Positions 18,315 through 22,877 of a DNA stretch of 22,877 nucleotides are shown piece by piece. The notes below the pieces were generated by a model, which was not told where the DNA came from, did not search any database, and worked only from the letters and a program-made list of their open reading frames with translations. Position 1 is the stretch's first letter. Every line of letters begins with the position of its first letter. A program made the translations under genes and the position numbers. Location: positions 1 to 22,877 of the forward strand of contig JBNJDT010000021.1 of assembly GCA_051745145.1 (NCBI GenBank), written 5' to 3'. Origin of the DNA: Elusimicrobiota bacterium. Lineage in GTDB: Bacteria; CG03; SLGR01; JAGXOG01.

Positions 18315-19196
18315 ATGGCCTTTAAACCTGTTGATATCATCGATAACCGATATAAAGTGCTATCTCTTCCTGCTGAGGCAGAATTAAGTAATGTCTATAG
18401 ATGTAAGGACCAAAAAGAAAAACGTACAGTTGCCCTTAGAATTATAAATAACAAAGCCGATATTCAAAAATTTAAACATTCGGCAGCGCTACTAAAAAAA
18501 TTGGATCATCCGAATATCCTTAAAATATTTAATTTTAAATTCAGCGAAAAGATATGTTATCAAGTAGAAGAATTTATAGACGGTCAACCTTTAAAAAACA
18601 CCATATCTTCAAAAACAGATTTAACTATGGTTACAATCATAGATATAGTAAATCAGATATTAGATGGCATTGAATACCTGCACAGCCTAAATATAATACA
18701 TCAAAATATAAATCCCCGTAACATTCTTATGAAAAAAGATAACACTGTGAAAATAATGAATTTTGGTTTGGCCAGAAAAATATCTGATAATGAAAAAAAA
18801 GATTTAAATGAGTCGACCTACCTGGTTACCGGACAACTCGACGAAAAGGTAAGTCCTTCAATTGATATATACGGGACGGGAGTCATACTTTATGAATTAC
18901 TGACAAATAAACATCCGTTTAAGGATTTCAAAAATAAGGATAATACCGCCCTAAAAACTTTAACGCCTCCGGAAAAAATTAATCCTTCGGTTCCTGATAG
19001 TTTAAATAAACTTGTCTTAAAAGCTCTTGAAAAATCCCCTTCCGAACGTATTCAGAATGCTAAAACATTTAAAGTAAAATTAAAAAATATATCCCCTAAC
19101 CCGGGCACTTACAAAAAATTTCCGATAGAAATAGTAGTTTTAATATTCCTGCTCTTAGTTTTTGTATATCTTATATATAACTTAATTGTATTTTAA
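18315..19196 (+). CDS. Hanks-type Ser/Thr kinase-fold protein lacking catalytic residues (pseudokinase), with C-terminal membrane anchor
   Basis: 293 aa; PknB/PrkC-like scaffold (IDNRYKV, LDHPNIL, EFIDG..L, QILDGIEYLH, DIYGTGVILYELLT..HPF, KAL.K.P..R) but VALR, HQNINPRN, NFG and no Gly-rich loop; last ~23 aa hydrophobic. Confidence 0.88.
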   Translation: MAFKPVDIIDNRYKVLSLPAEAELSNVYRCKDQKEKRTVALRIINNKADIQKFKHSAALLKKLDHPNILKIFNFKFSEKICYQVEEFIDGQPLKNTISSKTDLTMVTIIDIVNQILDGIEYLHSLNIIHQNINPRNILMKKDNTVKIMNFGLARKISDNEKKDLNESTYLVTGQLDEKVSPSIDIYGTGVILYELLTNKHPFKDFKNKDNTALKTLTPPEKINPSVPDSLNKLVLKALEKSPSERIQNAKTFKVKLKNISPNPGTYKKFPIEIVVLIFLLLVFVYLIYNLIVF

Positions 19197-19258
19197 AAAA
19201 TTTAAAATTTTAATATAAATAACACAAAATTACCGCAATTTATCTATTAAGAACTTAT

Positions 19259-19287
19259 TTGATTTTTAAAATAAAATTGGGTATCAT
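19259..19287 (+). promoter_or_regulatory. Putative sigma70 promoter for the histidine kinase gene
   Basis: TTGATT (19259-19264), 17 nt, TATCAT (19282-19287), in a very AT-rich spacer; GAGGAG Shine-Dalgarno 6 nt before ATG 19380. Confidence 0.4.
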
Positions 19288-19379
19288 ATTTAAAATTAAT
19301 ATTATAAATTTTCTTATTTTTTAATTTTAAATATTGTATAAGTTTAACAGCTATTTTAATAAAAAAAGAGGAGTAATAT

Positions 19380-20081
19380 ATGGAAATCAATTATAAAAAA
19401 TTTATTAGAAAAAATCAGGAAGCAGCTCTTGAAGAAGCAATAAGTGTTATATCCCATGATATTAGAAATCCCGTCTCCTCTCTTAAAACCGGAATGCATT
19501 ATTTAAAAGGGTCCATGGATGATGATGCAGGCGAGCGGGTAAAAAAAATCATCAGCATAAGTAATACCGAAATAGATGCTTTAACTTCACTTCTTGATGA
19601 ACAGCGGGAACAAGTTCGTAGACCCCCTGTTCAACCTGAAAATATAAATTTTACAGAAATTTTAGATATAGCAATTGAGATCTGTAATATCCCGGAGAAT
19701 ATCAAGCTCGATAATCAGATTTCTGACCCCCTTAAATTAAAGGTGGATAAATGGGAAATTGTCGTGGCCCTTTACCACCTGTTTAATAATGCTGTCCAGG
19801 CTATAGAAAATAATAACGGGTCTATAAAAATTAGCCGGGAAATACCTGAAGAAGATTCAGAAGAAAGAACTATAATAAAAATAACTGACAATGGCAGAGG
19901 TATAAATAAGAAAAACCTTGATAAAGTTACTCAAATATACTTTTCAACTAAAAATAACAGCTCGGGTATGGGATTAACTATATCTGAGGGAATAATTAAA
20001 AGACACAGGGGAAAGTTAAAAATTAAATCCGATACAAAAAATGGTACAACAGTAAAGTTTGACCTGCCTTTACAAACTTAG
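19380..20081 (+). CDS. Cytoplasmic histidine kinase core (HisKA + HATPase) without sensor domain
   Basis: 233 aa; H box SHDIRNP at about residue 26, N box LFNNAVQA, G1 DNGRGI, F box YFSTK, G2 SGMGL; strong RBS. Confidence 0.9.
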   Translation: MEINYKKFIRKNQEAALEEAISVISHDIRNPVSSLKTGMHYLKGSMDDDAGERVKKIISISNTEIDALTSLLDEQREQVRRPPVQPENINFTEILDIAIEICNIPENIKLDNQISDPLKLKVDKWEIVVALYHLFNNAVQAIENNNGSIKISREIPEEDSEERTIIKITDNGRGINKKNLDKVTQIYFSTKNNSSGMGLTISEGIIKRHRGKLKIKSDTKNGTTVKFDLPLQT

Positions 20082-20132
20082 TCCATATACTACAATTTTC
20101 TCTTAAATTCTATACTTTTACTGGTCTATTTT

Positions 20133-20513
20133 TTATTCCGAGGAGTTTAAATGTTCTTCTATTTTGCGGTGGAGAGCTTCAACATCAAACGGTTTCACTA
20201 CATACGCATCAACTTCCGCGGGTAACCCTTCCGGAAATTCGGATTCTTTTTCCTGACCGGATACTATCATAATTGGTATGCTCTCCGTTTTAGGATTTGC
20301 TCTTATCTCTTTGGCTGCTTCTAAACCGTCAAGTTTAGGCATATTTAGATCCATAAGAATAAGATCCGGAACCTCTTCTTGGGAAAATTCGACAGCTTCT
20401 TTGCCGTTAGTTCCTGTAATTACTTCATATTTTTCCTGCAGCATAAATTCGCCCAATCTCCGTATAGAAGAATTATCGTCTACTAAAAGTATTTTGTATG
20501 TTTTATCGCTCAT
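20133..20513 (-). CDS. Single-domain response regulator (receiver only)
   Basis: 126 aa; ILLVDD, PDLILMDLNMPKLDG (phosphoacceptor Asp), IVSG, YVVKPF; no output domain. Confidence 0.93.
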   Translation of the reverse strand: MSDKTYKILLVDDNSSIRRLGEFMLQEKYEVITGTNGKEAVEFSQEEVPDLILMDLNMPKLDGLEAAKEIRANPKTESIPIMIVSGQEKESEFPEGLPAEVDAYVVKPFDVEALHRKIEEHLNSSE

Positions 20514-20556
20514 TTTTCTTTTTATTTATAATATATTTTTATTTTAATGTTTGTAT

Positions 20557-20585
20557 ATTGTAATTGAAAGTTAATTTAAATGCAA
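20557..20585 (-). promoter_or_regulatory. Putative sigma70 promoter for the response regulator
   Basis: On the - strand: TTGCAT (20585-20580), 17 nt, TACAAT (20562-20557), about 44 nt upstream of the ATG at 20513. Confidence 0.55.
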
Positions 20586-20682
20586 GTTAAATTGCTGCTA
20601 CTTTTCGTTTTCTCCAAAATACGCGTTTTAATACTGCTATTAAGCACCGCATTTACTTTATATAAATATTTAACCGACCATT

Positions 20683-21318
20683 TTAGTTACCTAAAGCTCT
20701 CTTAAGTTTTTTTACCATATATCTGCTCACCAGTCTCTCAACTTTAGACAATACTTCCGGATTGGTTTTGCGAAGGCCCAGCAAAACTTCCTGGGGCCAC
20801 CGGATAAATTTAACCTCTCCCATCGGGCGGGCATCAATATTCACCGTGTCATCTAAAAATATACTGGTCTCCGCAATAAAATCCCCGGGTTTAAGAACAG
20901 TTACTTTTTCGCCTTCACTTATAATCTCCACCTTGCCGGCGGTTATATAAAATAAGTCGTTCTGCCGGGTCCCCCTTTCTACCAGGTACTTTTCCTCACT
21001 GCTTTCCTCTCTCCCGGTATGCCAGAAGTACAAAAATTCTTTTCGTTTAAGGCAGTCAAAAGCATTTTGATAAATTTTTTCCATTTCCGGGGAAAGTTCT
21101 ACCGGACGTCTTTTTTGCAGTAATATTACAGCCTGGACGGAGTTTATTAATAAAAAGACAGCATTCCAGCCCAGCATCGAATAATTACCCACTAAGGTAG
21201 AATAAACAATAAAAGAAAGATGAGCGCAAATCAGTATTACCCTAAGCCACAGTAAATCCCGAAGCATAAAGGCAATCAGCATAAAAATATAAGCGATATT
21301 AATAGCCATTAAAGACAT
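20683..21318 (-). CDS. Popeye-domain-like membrane protein with cyclic-nucleotide-binding fold
   Basis: 211 aa; three N-terminal TM helices with RDLLWLR and WNAVFLLIN, then RRPVELSPEMEKIY..F....KEF, then a CNBD-like beta region (LFYITAGKVEI, LKPGDFIAE, FIRWP). Confidence 0.78.
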   Translation of the reverse strand: MSLMAINIAYIFMLIAFMLRDLLWLRVILICAHLSFIVYSTLVGNYSMLGWNAVFLLINSVQAVILLQKRRPVELSPEMEKIYQNAFDCLKRKEFLYFWHTGREESSEEKYLVERGTRQNDLFYITAGKVEIISEGEKVTVLKPGDFIAETSIFLDDTVNIDARPMGEVKFIRWPQEVLLGLRKTNPEVLSKVERLVSRYMVKKLKRALGN

Positions 21319-21322
21319 AATA

Positions 21323-22681
21323 TTAACTCCATCTCCATTCCGGATCCAGACCGCAGGCTTCCCATACTTTTTTATTTTCCATACAAAGATAAATATAAGG
21401 ATTTCCGGCTACCGGTTTTAATTTTTTTAACATCTCCCGGTAGACTTCTATTCTCAAATCCTGAGGATATCTTAACTTACCGTCAAAACCGATAAACAAT
21501 TCCCCGTTTAGTATATCAGAGTCCGGAAACCGGTTCTCTATTATCCGTTTTAAATTCCTGGAAAACCGGAAAGTTCCCAGGCTTATCCAGGCGATCTTAT
21601 CTTTAGAAATCCGGGAGTACATTTTATCTATCACTCCCCCGTACTCTTTTTTCCAGCCGGTATAGGGCACCACCGGATCAAAGTGAAATCCGACCCTGTA
21701 TCCCCTCTCTACACATTTTGAGGCCGCCTCCAGGCGGCTATCCAGGGAGGGAGTAAAATGTTCATTCTCATCTATAAAATTTTGGGGATTTAAAGACCAG
21801 GATATAACCACATTTTCCGGAGGCTCAATATTTAATAAATTATCGATATTTGTACTCTTAGTTTTAAATTCAAATATAATTTCCGGAAAATCTCTCATAA
21901 ATTTAACAATCTCTTTTGAATATCCGGTAATATCATCAAAGACCAGGGAGTCGGTAAATTCTCCCGTTCCCATGCGCAGTTTACTTTTCCGGACAACATA
22001 ATTCCTGAACTTTTTAAAATAATCATCCAGATTCGCCGGTAAAATTATTCCGGGAGTATTAGTATACTCCTGCAGGTAACAGTAAGTACACTCATAAGGA
22101 CAGCCAAAACCCAGATTAAAGATATGGTATCCGCAGCACAGACATCTTTTCGTGCAGGGACAGGGCTTAATAAAATCGTATCTTTGCTTTGTAACTATAA
22201 CAGTTTCCCGCCTTTTGTTGTAATTTTCTATGCTGTAATCCGACCCGGTTATAAATTCTTTAATTTCAGAAATCTGCCGGGTCTCAACGCCGGGAAATTT
22301 TTTAATTAAGTTCTGTAATACTCCGGAATTTTCCGTTCCCTCTTCATAGTATACTTTTTTGGGAGTTATAATTGTATTTTGATTATTAATACCGGCCCTG
22401 TTCTCTTCACCTATTTCAAGCTTGGGTAGGTAAACTTTTTCTTTAGGCATATCTTTTGCATATTCGGGAAACCTCTTATTTAAAAGGTTATTTTTTATCT
22501 TTTCGAAATGGTAATTGTTTGATTTACCGGTATCGGGCAGGATATTTTCAAAATTATTTTTTTCCCGCTTTGAAATTTCATACGCCAGCCTGGCGATTTC
22601 GTTCTTTTTATTTAACCCCAGCCGGCCGAATTTATCTTCCACATATTTTTTTATGTTTTTGGATTTCTCAGGCCAGCTCAT
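21323..22681 (-). CDS. Spore photoproduct lyase (SplB)-like radical SAM protein with N-terminal extension
   Basis: 452 aa; GCPYECTYCYLQ, GEFTDSL, EFKTKS.N, SWSLNP, E..TPSL..RL.AA, GFHFDP, KLRYP, YLCME; about 100 extra N-terminal residues. Confidence 0.85.
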   Translation of the reverse strand: MSWPEKSKNIKKYVEDKFGRLGLNKKNEIARLAYEISKREKNNFENILPDTGKSNNYHFEKIKNNLLNKRFPEYAKDMPKEKVYLPKLEIGEENRAGINNQNTIITPKKVYYEEGTENSGVLQNLIKKFPGVETRQISEIKEFITGSDYSIENYNKRRETVIVTKQRYDFIKPCPCTKRCLCCGYHIFNLGFGCPYECTYCYLQEYTNTPGIILPANLDDYFKKFRNYVVRKSKLRMGTGEFTDSLVFDDITGYSKEIVKFMRDFPEIIFEFKTKSTNIDNLLNIEPPENVVISWSLNPQNFIDENEHFTPSLDSRLEAASKCVERGYRVGFHFDPVVPYTGWKKEYGGVIDKMYSRISKDKIAWISLGTFRFSRNLKRIIENRFPDSDILNGELFIGFDGKLRYPQDLRIEVYREMLKKLKPVAGNPYIYLCMENKKVWEACGLDPEWRWS

Positions 22682-22877
22682 TAATTACAAAATCCGTAAC
22701 TTTTCGGGCCAGGCTCTTCCGGGCTCCTTTTATCTTTTCTCGCAATTTTTTTGAAAAATCACGGTAAAAACTCATTTTTCCCACGGTATCGGTAACATAA
22801 AACAGGCCCAGTACATTTCTGTCAATTTCTTTAGCCGCAGAAAATATCATAGAAGATTCCATATCCACACAGCTTAC
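22668..22877 (-). CDS. Nucleoside phosphorylase superfamily (PNP/UDP/MTAN-type) protein, C-terminal fragment
   Basis: Frame is open to the window edge: ...VSCVDMESSMIFSAAKEIDRNVLGLFYVTD..., matching the (V)E/DME-xx ... V(S/T)D motifs of the family; its end overlaps the SPL-like start by 14 nt. Confidence 0.65.
   Translation of the reverse strand, partial: VSCVDMESSMIFSAAKEIDRNVLGLFYVTDTVGKMSFYRDFSKKLREKIKGARKSLARKVTDFVINELA

Noticed and set aside
18315..19196. Calling the kinase an active PknB/PrkC, or a decayed pseudogene
   Set aside because: Catalytic Lys and Asp residues are absent, so an active call is unsupported; the frame and scaffold are intact, so a pseudogene call is also unsupported.
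20568..20590. AAGTTAA direct repeat and TTAA-N7-TTAA (CtrA-like box) over the receiver promoter
   Set aside because: Expected by chance in such AT-rich DNA, and nothing suggests an alphaproteobacterial context.
2493..22767. Short ORFs in the track (2493-2738, 3472-3702, 3903-4115, 9414-9605, 11695-11964, 11971-12156, 12378-12581, 13424-13609, 13727-14050, 16154-16390, 16736-16930, 16836-17075, 17238-17537, 17945-18205, 20278-20547, 20762-20950, 22124-22309, 22456-22767, 22515-22754)
   Set aside because: All lie antisense to or out of frame within well-supported genes and show no recognisable motifs; they are shadow ORFs.

Overview
AT-rich (roughly one-third GC by eye), gene-dense bacterial chromosomal window; the taxon cannot be fixed from sequence alone. 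In order: the 5' end of a secreted protein gene (-), tRNA-Phe(GAA), an O-antigen-ligase-like membrane protein (-) and tRNA-Thr(CGT). A tightly packed + strand run (2569-19196) follows: two O-antigen-ligase/TPR fusions, DUF5693, csaB, then a perfect sigma70 promoter and ruvC-ruvA-ruvB, an SplB-related radical SAM protein, queH, smc, a TagA/WecG glycosyltransferase, a metallophosphoesterase and a membrane-anchored Hanks-fold pseudokinase. Next come a sensor-less histidine kinase convergent with a single-domain receiver, and a - strand operon of a nucleoside phosphorylase-like gene (partial), an SP-lyase-like radical SAM protein and a Popeye/cNMP-binding membrane protein. No mobile element, CRISPR array or rRNA is seen. 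Most interesting: (1) an intact pseudokinase with conservative loss of its key catalytic residues, coupled to a phosphoesterase; (2) a possible pyruvylated-glycan transfer system (WaaL-TPR paralogues, DUF5693, CsaB, TagA); (3) roughly tenfold enrichment of CCGG in the segments counted; (4) the phosphorylase-SPL-Popeye operon; (5) a degenerate SMC hinge; (6) partial copies of the tRNA-Phe anticodon arm flanking the tRNA. All family calls are motif recognition by eye, not database results.
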